Below, piece by piece: positions 39,258 to 54,664 of a stretch of 64,000 nt of DNA (positions are counted from its first letter, which is position 1; the number at the start of each line of letters is the position of its first letter). The stretch lies in assembly GCA_002269645.1 (NCBI GenBank), contig NIVC01001864.1, positions 80,318 through 144,317 of the forward strand, written 5' to 3'. This DNA comes from Macrostomum lignano. Taxonomy: Eukaryota. Under the pieces are notes generated by a model, which was not told the DNA's origin, made no database searches, and saw only the letters and a program-made list of their open reading frames with translations. The position numbers were made by a program, and so were the translations under genes.

Positions 39258-39785
39258 CGTGTCTGGGAGAGGCTCTGGCGGGTTTTGCAGTGTCTGGGAG
39301 AGGCTCTGGCGGGTTTGAAGTGTCTGGGAGAGGTTCTGACGGGTGTGAAGTGTCTGGGAGAGGCTCTGGCGGGTGTGAAGTGTCTGGGAGAGGCTCTGGC
39401 GGGTTTTGCAGTGTCTGGGAGAGGCTCTGGCGGGTTTGAAGTGTCTGGGAGAGGTTCTGATGGGTGTGAAGTGTCTGGGAGAGGCTCTGGCGGGTTTGCA
39501 GTGTCTGGGAGAGGCTCTGGCGGGTTTGCAGTGTCTGGAAGAGGCTCTGGCGGGTGTGAAGTGTCTGGGAGAGGCTCTGGCGGGTTTGCAGTGTCTGGGA
39601 GAGGCTCTGGCGGGTGTGAAGTGTCTGGGAGAGGTTCTGGCGGGTGTGAAGTGTCTGGGAGAGGTTCTGGTGGGTGTGAAGTGTCCGGGAGAGGTTCTGG
39701 CGGGTGTGAAGTGTCTGGGAGAGGTTCTGGTGGGTGTGAAGTGTCTGGGAGAGGTTCTGACGGGTGTGAAGTGTCCGGGAGAGCG
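39258..39785. repeat. 30-bp minisatellite (GTGTCTGGGAGAGGCTCTGGCGGGTGTGAA)
   Basis: Direct inspection. Confidence 0.93.
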
Positions 39786-40098
39786 TCTGACAGTGTTGTA
39801 GAGTCTGCGCGTGTATGGGTGTTCCGACCTACTTGAAGTGTTTGCTAAGCTGAAGTTTCAGATGGCTATTAAAAAATCCAATATCATCATTTTGCGAGCG
39901 CAGATGAAAAAATCCAATCAAAACGGATGGAATGCAAATGCGAGTCAATGCATTTTTTTATTGTAAGTTTTGTCATACAAAAAACTCCGATAAAGAAAAG
40001 CAAATATGAAAAAAAAAAGAAAAAATCTCACCGCTAAACCCACCTGTGCCGACGCGATACAGCAGGATCACTCATCAATATTCTCTTATTGTTAATAC

Positions 40099-40337
40099 TC
40101 ACGGAAACTCACCCTGCAGGTAATAGTTGATGATGCATTTGATCCCACTGCTGCTTTGCCTGGTCACCTGGCACTGCTGAAAGCCGGTGACGTCACTGCT
40201 AATCTCGCACTTGCCAATCAGGTCGTCTGCAGATGAAGTCATAGTTGTAGACAGTGATTATTAAAATGTGTCGCTATACCACTTGGAGCTGCTGGCCCAG
40301 GTGTGGTTCCAAATCACCGGTTTACTGCCGCAGGTGT
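40099..40337 (-). pseudogene. C2-domain gene last exon with an apparent pair of compensating frameshifts
   Basis: TTTCAG acceptor; KPVIWNHTW and SADDLIGKCEI share one frame interrupted by TAA TAA, while LIITVYNYDF lies in the adjacent frame; ends YYLQGEFP* or at a GTGAGT donor. Confidence 0.6.
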
Positions 40338-40548
40338 CTGAAACGGGTAAATGAGTTTACAGAAAAATAGATTATACAGTAACTGTATATTATCGCTATT
40401 TGAATTCAACTTTTTAGACCAGCAAACTTAGACTCCCAGCGTGCTCAAGGCAACTGAACGATAAACGCGGTCTAATTCTTTGCTGGGGATGGTTTTGGCC
40501 ATAGACTATAAAACGGTAGACCAAACTAAGTGCCTGCATGGTTCTCAC

Positions 40549-40778
40549 TCATGACGAATTTTGTCTTGCAGATTAGCTCGAGGCCCCTGTTAACTTGCAC
40601 AAAGGGGTCACTTGACTCCGATAGGCAGTCTAATCCTGTCCCATTCAAAATGATGAAAACTGGCTGTACACCCGCGAGACCTGACAGCAGCTGCAGAGCG
40701 CTGAGGACTAGAAGGGAACTAGCATATCCTGTAACTCGATAAAAGATAGTCTCCTGGGCTGAGAGTCTTGCATAGGCG
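40549..40778 (-). CDS. Tandem-C2 gene exon (end of C2A, start of C2B)
   Basis: Open frame ...VFIILNGTGLDCLSESSDPFVQVNRGLELICKTKFVM containing the SDPxV and KTK motifs; follows a 51-bp GTAAGA..AAG intron; GTGAGA donor phase 1. Confidence 0.7.
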
Positions 40779-40829
40779 CTTGGAGGCCAGATACAAAAGT
40801 CATTCGTATGCAGAACTGAAGCTTCTTAC

Positions 40830-40894
40830 ATCCTTGTTGCGCTGCATCGGTCAGTGGTTGGCGGTTTGGCCCAATCATAAACAGTTAGCGAAAG
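40830..40894 (-). CDS. Tandem-C2 gene exon (C2A strand LSLTVYDW)
   Basis: TTCCCCAG acceptor, GTAAGA donor phase 2, in frame with the next exon; LxLxVYDW is a C2 motif; upstream exons not identified. Confidence 0.62.
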
Positions 40895-40914
40895 CTGGGG
40901 AATTACAGCAACCA

Positions 40915-41840
40915 TCTGAGGAATGTTTCAAAGCCTATCTGAGGCGCATTTCAGGGTCTATCTGAGGCGCATTTCAGGATCTATCTGAGGGGCATTTCAG
41001 GGTCTATCTGAGGCGCATTTCAGGATCTATCTGAGGGGCATTTCAGGGTCTATCTGAGGCGCATTTCAGGGTCTATCTGAGGCGCATTTCAGGATCTATC
41101 TGAGGCGCATTTCAGGATCTATCTGAGGCGCATTTCAGGGTCTATCTGAGGCGCATTTCAGGATCTATCTGAGGGGCATTTCAGGGTCTATCTGAGGCGC
41201 ATTTCGGGGTCTATCTGAGGCTCATTAAAGGGTCTATCTGAGGCTCATTTCAGGGTCTATCTGAGGGGCATATCAGAGTCTATCTGAGAGGCATTTCAGG
41301 GTCTATCTGAGGCGCATTTCAGGATCTATCTGAGGCGCATTTCAGGGCTATCTGAGGCTCATTTAAGGGTCTATCTTAGGCTCATTTCAGGGTCTATCTG
41401 AGGCTCATTTCAGGGTCTATCTGAGGCTCATTTCAGGGTCTATCTGAGGCTCATTTCAGGGTCTATCTGAGGCTCATTAAAGGGTCTATCTTAGGCTCAT
41501 TAAAGGGTCTATCTTAGGCTCATTAAAGGGTCTATCTTAGGCTCATTAAAGGGTCTATCTTAGGCTCATTAAAGGGTCTATCTGGGGCTCATTAAAGGGT
41601 CTATCTGAGGCTCATTTCAGGGTCTATCTGAGGCTCATTAAAGGGTCTATCTTAGGCTCATTAAAGGGTCTATCTGAAAGGCATTTCAGGGTCTATCTGA
41701 GGCTCATTTCAGGGTCTATCTGAGGCTCATTAAAGGGTCTATCTGGGGCTCATTGCAGGGTCTATCTGGGGCTCATTAAAGGGTCTATCTGAGGCTCTTT
41801 AAAGGGTCTATCTTAGGCTCATTAAAGGGTCTATCTGATG
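40915..41840. repeat. 23-bp minisatellite (TCTATCTGAGGCGCATTTCAGGG)
   Basis: Direct inspection. Confidence 0.93.
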
Positions 41841-42274
41841 CTCATTTCTGCTTAAATTTCGAAATTAGACCACCAATCAACCTCATATTGCCGTTTTCCT
41901 GAAATGAAAATTGACACATTTAAACTCATCTTTCCCATTCTAATAAATTATGGACGCGCGATTCCATCTTCCATTGCGATTTCCAGGAAATAGAAAAATA
42001 ACAGCCATAACCAGTGAGACCGAAATGTTTCTAAAGAACATTTCGGATGCTGGTAATTCCAGCTAATGGGAACTGTGGGATTTATGAGTTAATGTTTCAA
42101 CTTGCTTGTCTCTCACCCAGTTTACTTTGCTGGCATATTTCCGTAACTAAAAAAACAGCTTTTACAGCACCAGCGCCCATCCTTTCATTCATTCACACTG
42201 CGCATTCGTGACTAATGAAAGGTACTGCTGTTAATCAGTTGAGTCAGACTGAAGTGCAGACACTTCACAACACT

Positions 42275-43370
42275 CCCACGGACACTCTCCCAGACACTCC
42301 CATAGACACTCCCATAGACACTCCCATAGACACTCCCATAGACACTCCCATAGACACTCCCATAGACACGCTTCTAGACACTCCTATAGACACTCGCATA
42401 GATACTCCCATAGACACTCCCATAGACACTCTTCTAGACACTCCCATAGACACTCCTATAGACACTCTTCTAGACACTCCCATAGACACTCCTATAGACA
42501 CTCGCATAGATACTCCCATAGACACTCACATAGACACTCTTCTAGACACTCCCATAGACACTCCTATAGACACTCTTCTAGACACTCCCATAGACACTCC
42601 CATAGACACTCCCATAGACACTCTTCTAGACACTCCCATAGACACTCCCATAGACACTCCCATAGACACGCTTCTAGACACTCCCATAGACACTCTCATA
42701 GACACGCTTCTAGACACTCCCATAGACACTCCTATAGACACTCGCATAGATACTCCCATAGACACTCCCATAGACACTCTTCTAGACACTCCCATAGACA
42801 CTCCTATAGGCACTCTTCTAGACACTCCCATAGACACTCCCATAGACACTCTTCTAGACACTCCCATAGACACTCCTATAGACACTCCTATAGACACTCC
42901 TATAGACACTCCTATAGACACTCCTATAGACACTCCCATAGACACTCCCATAGACACTCCTATAGACAATTCCATAGACACTCCTATAGACAATTCCATA
43001 GACACTCCCATAGACACTCCTATAGACACTCCCATAGACACTCCTATAGACACTCCTATAGACACTCCTATAGACACTCCCATAGACACTCCTATAGACA
43101 ATTCCATAGACACTCCCATAGACACTCCCATAGACACTCCCATAGACACTCCTATAGACACTCCCATAGACACTCCCATAGACACTCCCATAGACAATTC
43201 CATAGACACTCCCATAGACACTCCCATAGACACTCCTATAGACACTCCCATAGACACTCCCATAGACACTCCCATAGACAATTCCATAGACACTCCCATA
43301 GACACTCCCATAGACACTCCTATAGACACTCTCCCAGGCACTCCTATAGACACTCCCACAGACACTCTAA
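42275..43370. repeat. 12-bp minisatellite (GACACTCCCATA)
   Basis: Direct inspection; source of the spurious DTPI ORF. Confidence 0.95.
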
Positions 43371-44072
43371 TCGACACAAAATACACCTGTTCAAAAACTG
43401 CAGTAGAAACAGCCAAAACTACCAAACAGTCACAGAAAGTGAACATAAACTCCAGATGAAAAATGCGCAATCTCAATGCATACTACTTAAAGTGGGAACA
43501 AAATTATTTTTCTTATTCTCAAGACACGCCTCTTATTGTCTATTTAAGGCTACTACGTCGTTAGCGTGTCTGTCTGGGAGTGTGCCTGTTAGACGGCGTC
43601 TGTGAATATTATTTTGCCTGTGATGCAGTCTTACTCTTAAGATGCACGCGTGGCCCATCTTTGTTTAACATTGACAATGAAAGTTACATGACGTAGAAAG
43701 AAAGCATCAAAATTACTCGTAATACCAGCTCGTATCACGGTTTTTGGCCAAGGATTCCTCAGGAGTCAAGTGCTCTTGCACTAAAACATCATACTCCTCA
43801 GGATGAGGGGGCCTCCCCCTAGTCCTCAGCTGCCGTCTTCGTTCCCAAAACCCTGCAACTCCATGCTTTTCTGTTTCTGTTCATATGCCCCCGAAGCTAG
43901 TATTCTGTTCATTAATTACTGTCCTAGGCAGAATTCGTGTCGCCATCTATTTCTGCTCATCCTGTGGACGCAGTGCTGGGTCTCCTGCTTCAGTAGCTTT
44001 ATCTTGCCTGGGTAAGGGACTCTTGCAGTATTATACATGGCTCTCATTGTAATAACACGCCTGTGCGTACTG

Positions 44073-44775
<703 letters not shown>

Positions 44776-45247
44776 GTCGGACAACACAACATTTCGCTCT
44801 TACAATATTATCCAAAGTACAAGTACGAACTATGAAGTGAAAACGCTCATATTCTGTGGTTATTTCTACCTGTGCGTAAAGCAGGGACTTTCGCACGTGA
44901 TGGAGCAGTTTTTACTGAACTACACGACCAGTTCATAATGCAGAGCTGCAGGCCCTGTTCTGACTGACACGGATTTCCTGCGTGCGCATTGGGGAACTGC
45001 GGCGCTATTGCCCAGGAAAATCATTTATGACGGCAAAGGCTGTGCGATAGATTTCCTAATCTGGCGCACGCGGCTAATTGAATTACTGCCTCCGCCCACA
45101 CTGATGTACAGAGCTGCGTACGGCTGCGACAGATCGATCAATTAACGCCCTTCTGTGGGCCTGTTCTTTTATCAGCAGTGCTCAGGCATGGCAACTGTAA
45201 GATTAAATTAGGATAGACTTTCTCACCTTTCTGTCTGTCTGTCTTAG

Positions 45248-45296
<49 letters not shown>

Positions 45297-45867
45297 GTCT
45301 GTCTCTCTGTCTGTCCGGTCCGCACACCGGAGTGAATCGGGCAGCAAATCGAATCTCGGCCGGGGCAATCAAGCCGGACAGCTGCCAATCGCCTATCGCA
45401 TTCCAAACTGCCCTTCAGCTTCTCCCAGAGAGTGGCAGTCAGGAATCGACAGCGTGGAACAGCAGCGCCCCTCCATTCGGTCAGAGGGTCTCTGGCGGCC
45501 AATTCCCGCGCATGGTGGGCGGCTGACGGCAGTAATTACGCATGCTAATACCCCGCCGGCTCAGCGGACAGCCGCCCCGCCCTGCGCCTCCCGGCCTGCT
45601 GCAATCCAATTCGATTGATTATTTGCCTGTCTTAAACTTTCTCTAGCTGGTATCCAGGACACTGAACTCGGGTTAGACTTGGATAGAGCATGCGCAGGAT
45701 TCAATAGTGGCGGGGCCGTTGGTCTCTGAAATTGGGGAAGAAGGGACTCAGGAAATACAGCTGCCAACTAAAGTCTCAAAGATGATAGACTTGAAGATTT
45801 GGATTGGATTATGCAGAGTAAAATGACGATGATGTGAAATTGGAATACAGATTTTAGGTAATAAGAC

Positions 45868-46060
<193 letters not shown>

Positions 46061-46475
46061 TGTTCCACTGTTCCACTATCCACTGTTGGCAGTTAACTCT
46101 TCTTCTGTCTTCTGTCTAAACGAGCAAAGAAGATCAAAGAAAGCGAACACCGCTTCACAATTCAAGCGAAAAGAAGTCAGGATGAAGGCTTGTGCGTCAC
46201 TGAGATTTCCCGACTCGATGCGATTCAATGGAACCGGACGCCCAAAGGATCTGGCAGGTTGCACGCTTCAGTTCAGCCGAAACTCGCTCGACTCACGCGC
46301 GGCAGAGACTTGCAAGATGAAACCGCCGCTTTGGTGACTGTGGGACAGGTGGATCATTGCCAGGATTTTTTAATTCTTCCCCACGCACATCCCAGAATAA
46401 ACCATCTGGCAGTCATTGCCACGCAGATCTCATAATTAGAGATTTTCAAGTATTTCAGCTGAAATGATGTATCAA

Positions 46476-47230
<755 letters not shown>

Positions 47231-47963
47231 CAACCGTATTAGTGTCTATCATAGCTCCGGTTTAGCTCAGTTGGCCCCAATCCCCCAACCTGAATGCAGG
47301 CAAGGACGCTAGTTTCGATTCGCTGTCCAGCCGTGCAAATTCTAAAAAAATTGACTTATGCTGAAGCTGCGCCCAAGTAAAACGCACCGGCCACCGTGTT
47401 TATGACTGTATTGTGAAAGCCCAAATGTGCAGAGCAGCTGCCTTGCATACTTGGGCTTTCGTCTTGCACTTTCAGTTGACCGAGTGGCTAGTTCGGGAAA
47501 TATTTTTGCTTAATTTTAACCCCAGGTGTTCGCCTGAATTCCACGAGTTTGCTGGATCGACTCAAAACAAATTGGCGCTTTTTTGTGCAGGAAATTTCTC
47601 TTTTTTCTCTGCTTCTTCTAAAAGTAACGCCTACATTGATAACGCATGAGTCTCGAGAGTTCGGGTGTAAAAATTCGAGTACCTTGAGCAGCCTCGTAGA
47701 TGGGTGGAGAGGGCCCGCAGCTCCCACGCTGTGCGCAGGACATTCGCTAAGAATAAAATAATAGTCGTGACAGAGCAGTCTAAGCACAGACTGCTACACT
47801 GCCACGGCAGGGCAGGGCAGGTCAGTGGAGTCTTGCCGTCTTGTTGAAATTTGTAGCAACTTTTTAAACAGAAAAGCAGGAAATTATACGGCTCTGAGAA
47901 GAAGCAAGACAAAGGAAATCAGTTTAGCACAAGAAGCATCGAGTCGAAGATCTTTGGCACAGC

Positions 47964-48571
47964 ATGGCCGCCGCCGCCGCCGCACCGCAAGGCGTCCGAC
48001 ATGCTCTGCAGAGAAGCCGCAGCAGGTGCAGCAGCACCGGGGGCGGCCCAGGTGGTCGGCAGCTGAACGCTCTGGTGGAGGCTGACGAGTCAGAGCCACA
48101 GCAGCCGCCGCCGCCGCCACCGCCGCCACCACCACCGACCGTGACGGCGCAGCAACCGCGACGTCAGCATCGGCGGCGTCGGCAATCGATTTTCAGCCTG
48201 AGTCGGCTGCGTCGGCTCTTGTCACTGCGACCGGCGTCGTTGCCGCTGCCGCCGCCACAACCTCCGCAGCCGCCGAAGCCGCAGCACGCGCATCTTGCCG
48301 CGGTGCCAGCCAAGTGTCTTGGCGCCGTTCCGCTGTCGAGCGCCCGCCTCCTCCTGGCAGCGGCCTCCAATACCGCGGCCGAGTTTGTACAGCAGCCAGT
48401 TGAGCAGCTGGTGGCAGCGGCCGCTGCGGCCAGGCGTCGACAGCGGAATTCGCTGGCTTCGACGGCGACAACTGCAGAAGGTTCTTCGGTGCTCCCAGTT
48501 GCCATGGTGACAGTGTCGGTCGGCGGTTTGACTGTACAGCCTCTAGAACAAAACGGTCCGTCATTGACAAG
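47964..48571 (+). CDS. PTB/PID-domain adaptor exon 1 (Pro/Ala-rich N-terminus and N-half of PTB)
   Basis: PAKCLGAVPL resembles the PTB motif xAKYLGS; VTVSVGGLTV resembles VxLxVSxxGIxV; AG|GTAATT donor phase 2; start codon uncertain. Confidence 0.72.
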
Positions 48572-48774
48572 GTAATTCTCTACTTCCTGTCGCAATATTG
48601 AATATTTAATCAGCACCCGAGAATATTAACTGAATGAGGTGAACAGGCGAGTGTCTGATAGACTATTAACCATCAAGGTTACATTGTATATCAGCTCAGT
48701 AACTATCAAGGTCAGAGAGTGTACAGAGAGTGTACATGCCTAAGGATTAGAAAGTCAGGGGCCGCTGTACACCC

Positions 48775-49280
48775 TGCGTGAGCGTGTGTGTGAGTGCGTG
48801 TGTGTGAGTGCGTGTGTGTGAGTGCGTGTGTGTGAGTGCGTGTGTGTGAGTGCGTGTGTGTGAGTGCGTGTGTGTGAGTGCGTGTGTGTGAGTGCGTGTG
48901 TGTGTGAGTGCGTGTGTGTGATTGCGTGTGTGTGAGTGCGTGTGTGTGAGTGCGTGTGTGTGAGTGCGTGTGTGTGAGTGCGTGTGTGTGAGTGCGTGTG
49001 TGTGAGTGCGTGTGTGTGAGTGCGTGTGTGTGAGTGCGTGTGTGTGAGTGTGTGTGTGTGAGTGCGTGTGTGTGAGTGCGTGTGTGTGAGTGCGTGTGTG
49101 TGAGTGCGTGTGTGTGAGTGCGTGTGTGTGAGTGCGTGTGTGTGTGTGAGTGCGTGTGTGTGAGTGCGTGCGTGTGAGTGCGTGTGTGTGAGTGTGTGTG
49201 TGTGTGTGAGTGCGTGTGTGTGAGTGCGTGTGTGTGAGTGCGTGTGTGTGAGTGTGTGTGAATGAGTGCGTGTGTGAGTG
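48775..49280. repeat. 14-bp GT-rich repeat (GTGTGAGTGCGTGT) in the PTB gene intron
   Basis: Direct inspection. Confidence 0.93.
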
Positions 49281-49387
49281 CTCGGGAGTCAGCAGGATGG
49301 GCAGAGTTGTCTCAGCGGACAAAGTTACATCAGGCCAGTATGCAAATTATTAAATGGACAATCACCTTCAACCCAATAAACTTTCAG

Positions 49388-49640
49388 ATTAACCCCAACT
49401 GGTTCATTAGCAGCCGCACCAGACAGCCGTGCGTCCTCCGCAGACACCCAGCGCCACCCCATAGAGTCAGTCGTGTGCGCCTCTGTGCACCGCAGACTGC
49501 CTCGAATATTCTGCTGCGCAATTGTCGATAGCGACGCCACCGCCGCCTGTCACGCCTTCCTGTGCGCTCGGACTGATTCAGCCGACTGTCTGGTGCAGGC
49601 GGTGGCTCGGGTTTGCCATCTGTCAGCGGCCGGACCCTGA
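49388..49640 (+). CDS. PTB/PID-domain adaptor exon 2 (absent from the ORF track)
   Basis: CTTTCAG acceptor phase 2; HPIESVVCASVHRRLPRIFCCAIV...ACHAFLC...ADCLVQAVARVC resembles the PTB C-half (CHAFLC as in LDLRAP1/ARH); TGA at 49638-49640. Confidence 0.78.
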
Positions 49641-50049
49641 TCATTCTGAGTGCACCCCCGCGGAATTACCATAGAACTGCGTTCACTATACTAGTAACCA
49701 TATACAAAAAAGGTTTATGCCATAGACAAGTAGCAGACGCAGTCCCACACAGAGGCATGTGTCTTAGTCTATGGCTGAAACCCCAGAAGAAGTAGCGCTC
49801 GTAATTTGTCAATAGCTGATTTTTTTAAACAAATTATTTTGCCGATTTGTCATTTGTAATTTGTTCGACCAGTGCTTTATGAACTGGGCCTCAGAAGCGA
49901 GCTAAAAGGAATGCCCTTTCTAATAGCTAATAAAAAGTAAATAATTTTCAACTAAAGGTGTTTAGACCACAGAACTTGATCTCTACTTGATAGAATGACC
50001 GACTTAATTGGATTTATTGTCTGCGGTCAAATGCAGTCCTGTGGCAATG

Positions 50050-50930
50050 GACACTGAGACACTGAAAAGGACTTTGAGACACACGGAATCACACTGGGAC
50101 ACATGAAATAACACTGAGACACAGGGAGTGACACTGAGACACAGGGAGTGACACTGAGACACAGGGAGTGACACTGAGACACAGGGAGTGACACTGAGAC
50201 ACAGGGAGTGACATTGAGACACTGGGAATGACACTGGGACACATGAAATAACACTGAGACACTGGAAGTGACACTGGGACACAGTAAATAACACTGAGAC
50301 ACAGGCAGTGACACTGAGACACAGGCAGTGACACTGAGACACAGGCAGTGACACTGAGACACAGGGAGTGACCCTGAGACACGGAATGACACTGGGACAC
50401 ATGAAATAACACTGAGACACAGGAAGTGACACTGAGACACAGGGAGTGACACTGCGACACAGGGAATGACACTGAGACACAGGGAGTGACACTGCGACAC
50501 AGGGAATGACCCTGAGACACAGGAAGTGACACTGAGACACAGGGAGTGACACTGAGACACAGGGAGTGACACTGAGACACAGGGAGTGACACTGAGACAC
50601 AGGAAATAACACTGAGACACAGGGAGTGACACTGAGACACAGGGAGTGACACTGAGACACAGGGAGTGACACTGAGACACAGGGAGTGACACTGAGACAC
50701 AGGGAGTGACACTGAGACACAGGGAGTGACACTGAGACACAGGGAGTGACACTGAGACACAGGGAGTGACACTGAGACACAGGGAGTGACACTGAGACAC
50801 AGGGAGTGACACTGCGACACAGGGAATGACACTGAGACACAGGGAGTGACACTGAGACACAGGGAGTGACACTGAGACACAGGGAGTGACACTGAGACAC
50901 AGGGAGTGACACTGCGACACAGGGAATGAC
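50050..50930. repeat. 20-bp minisatellite (GACACTGAGACACAGGGAGT)
   Basis: Direct inspection. Confidence 0.95.
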
Positions 50931-51459
50931 GCAGGGGATGCTTAGAATCTAATAATTTCTATAAGATACGGACATCTTAGAGACGAAGTTTGCTAAAATC
51001 GAAATAACTGCAATCAGTCTGGAAAATGGTTTGAGTTTAGGCAAGAGTTGTCACTCCAAGTTCTCCTGCTGGGCCTCTTTGGCAGACCCCAGAAATGACT
51101 CCAGTGCAGCCAGTTACGGTCGGGGTGGATACAGAGGTTAGCTCAAGCTGTCCGGCTCAATTTGAGAATAATTTTTTTTTCTATTTCCCTTGGCGAACTG
51201 CAGGTCTGCACTCATTGCCTTCGGCAGCTGGAGTGCATGCAGTTGAGCGGGCCGGCTTAATGAGAGAGGCTGGTTCTGCTGCTATGGAGAGAGGGTCCGA
51301 GAAACTGGGGAGAGTTCGGGACCGCTACCTCCTCTTTAGTAAGCCAGCTGCTTGGGAACCGCCTGCGCCTTCTCCTGGCTCTCGGCCTCGGCTTTCCCTT
51401 CCATATTTCCCTTTCTCCTCATCCGCACTATAAAGAGGGAAGAGAGATGAGGATAAATA

Positions 51460-52050
<591 letters not shown>

Positions 52051-52639
52051 AGACGAGACTGGAGTCCAGAGAAAGGCTTCTGGGAAAGAAAGAAGTTGGG
52101 AAAGGAGCTGCAGTACTGAGTTCTGAAACTAATTAATTAGTTTAGTTAGAAAGAGAAACTCTTGGAAGTGTGCGATTTCTTTTTCTACTTACAAAAGCTA
52201 GCAAAGTACAGTGCATTTGGAAAATTCCAGTGATCAGGTCATACGCTAGAATAGGAATCAATACTGAAGGGCAGAAAAATACCTTGGAGACTCCCACCGG
52301 CTGTCAAGGATTTGTGCCAGCTGCCGGCATCAGTTTGAGGACAGAAGTGTCAGGAAGTCTGTGCCCGCCAGCGGTTGTCAAAAAGAAATTGAAAAAAATT
52401 TGCTGTCACAGAGCTCCAAGCAACTTTGCCCCGGATTTTCTTCGTCTCCACAATTTTATTAACCGATCAATCAATCAACACTCTGAGTAATCTAGTCGCC
52501 ATGCAGTCAATAAACAAGCCGTCTAATTAACAATAACACAATCAATAAGCCACCCAGTCAATCAATCGTGCATTGATCAATAAATCATTGAACCAATAAA
52601 TCAGAATATCCATCCATCATTCAATCGATCTTTCAATCA

Positions 52640-52990
<351 letters not shown>

Positions 52991-53704
52991 AAGCAATTAC
53001 AAAATCATGTAATCAATATATCAATGAAAATGCCAAAAGTCAGTAAAGTATGGCCATCCTGAATTTGAAGCATAAAAAAGCCGGGCAAAGCTGACTCATT
53101 TGCTTACAACAACACATGATTTCTAACTGGGCATGGAATTTGCACCAACGTGTGCATTTGTATTATTGTGCTAGTTTGGCCTAGCAACTAGGAAGTATGC
53201 CGGACTCCAGCGGCACTTTCCGGTGCATCTACTCCCCTATTTTTATTCAATCCCCTCTCTCCTATTTATTAGTTTGAGACGCCCACTTCCTCCTTTTTCT
53301 GACAGGCCAGCTGCAAAAAGTTTGTCCAAGATAAGCAATGTATATTAACAGGGCCAAGTTGGTACACTGGATTCAGGCTGAGCTCCGGAAAAGGCTGAAG
53401 AGGGAATATGGGAAGCAAGCCGGCAGCCGAGAAGAGTACTGGCTAATGGCGCCTGAGGAAACCTTTTCTTGGCCTCTTAAATCTGAGCGGTCGTTAGTTT
53501 GCTTCAAGGCCTCAGAGCTTGTTTTGACTGTTTTGCTCCAGGCTGCTCATATGGTCTGTAATTATGTAGGTGGAGCATTCTCGAGAGAAAATTAGGTAGA
53601 ATAGACAAACAAAACAATTTAGAGGCATAATGTGGTGTGAGCAATTTATAGGTCTGTGTAGGGGGACCCCTTATTCACTGAGACAGTGTAGAGACATGCA
53701 GAGA

Positions 53705-54370
53705 GCAGCGGTGGAGAGGGTAGAAGGGAGGGTGGAGCGTAGAGAGGAGGGTGAAGGGTTGAGAGGAGGGTGCAGGGTAGTGAGGAGGGTGCAGGGTAGA
53801 GAGGAGGGTGTAGGGTAGTGAGGAGGGTGCAGGGTAGAGAGGAGGGTGTAGGGTAGTGAGGAGGGTGCAGGGTAAAGAGGAGGGTGTAGGGTAGTGAGGA
53901 GGGTGCAGGGTAGAGAGGAGGGTGTAGGGTAGTGAGGAGGGTGCAGGGTAGATAGGAGGGTGTAGGGTAGTGAGGAGAGTGCAGGGTAGACAGGAGGGTG
54001 TAGGGTAGTGAGGAGGGTGCAGGGTAGAGAGGAGGGTGTAGGGTAGTGAGGAGGGTGCAGGGTAGAGAGGAGGGTGTAGGGTAGTGAGGAGGGTGCAGAG
54101 TAGAGAGGAGGGTGTAGGGTAGTGAGGAGAGTGCAGGGTAGACAGGAGGGTGTAGGGTAGTGAGGAGAGTGCAGGGTAGACAGGAGGGTGTAGGGTAGTG
54201 AGGAGAGTGCAGGGTAGACAGGAGGGTGTAGGGTAGTGAGGAGAGTGCAGGGTAGAGAGGAGGGTGTAGGGTAGTGAGGAGAGTGCAGGGTGGAGAGCGC
54301 AGGGTGGAGAGTGCAGGGTGGAGAGTGCAGGGTGGAGGGTGCAGGGTGGAGGGTGCAGGGTGGAGGGTAC
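53705..54370. repeat. 38-bp (2x19) G-rich minisatellite
   Basis: Unit GAGGGTGCAGGGTAGAGAGGAGGGTGTAGGGTAGTGAG. Confidence 0.9.
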
Positions 54371-54664
54371 AGAAAGAGAAGGGAGGAAGGACAGCAGCAA
54401 TCGATAGTCTGTATCTCATAACGGCAACAGGGAGCCATCCAGGTATGCTAATGTAGTTCCAAAAACATAGCTATATAGATGTATTTAGCACGGCGAATTG
54501 CTTTGCTACAGCACTCAGCATGCTCGAATGCTTTCTAAAAAATTGCCTGGCGAATCGGAAATACATTCTCCCCTGGTTCAATTGCTCACGCCTACTAATC
54601 AAGCGGCATAAGTAAGAAGAGGTCCGGCCCCAATTTAAGATTTGTACCTGCGCAGATTCCCTTG

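Noticed and set aside
41885-41905. Possible 17-nt minus-strand exon (KRQYE) upstream of LSLTVYDW
   Set aside because: Good acceptor but weak donor (GTTGAT) and no upstream partner to test the phase
42020-42046. Hairpin CCGAAATGTT-N7-AACATTTCGG reminiscent of a hammerhead or Penelope end
   Set aside because: No CTGANGA core nearby; isolated 10-bp stem
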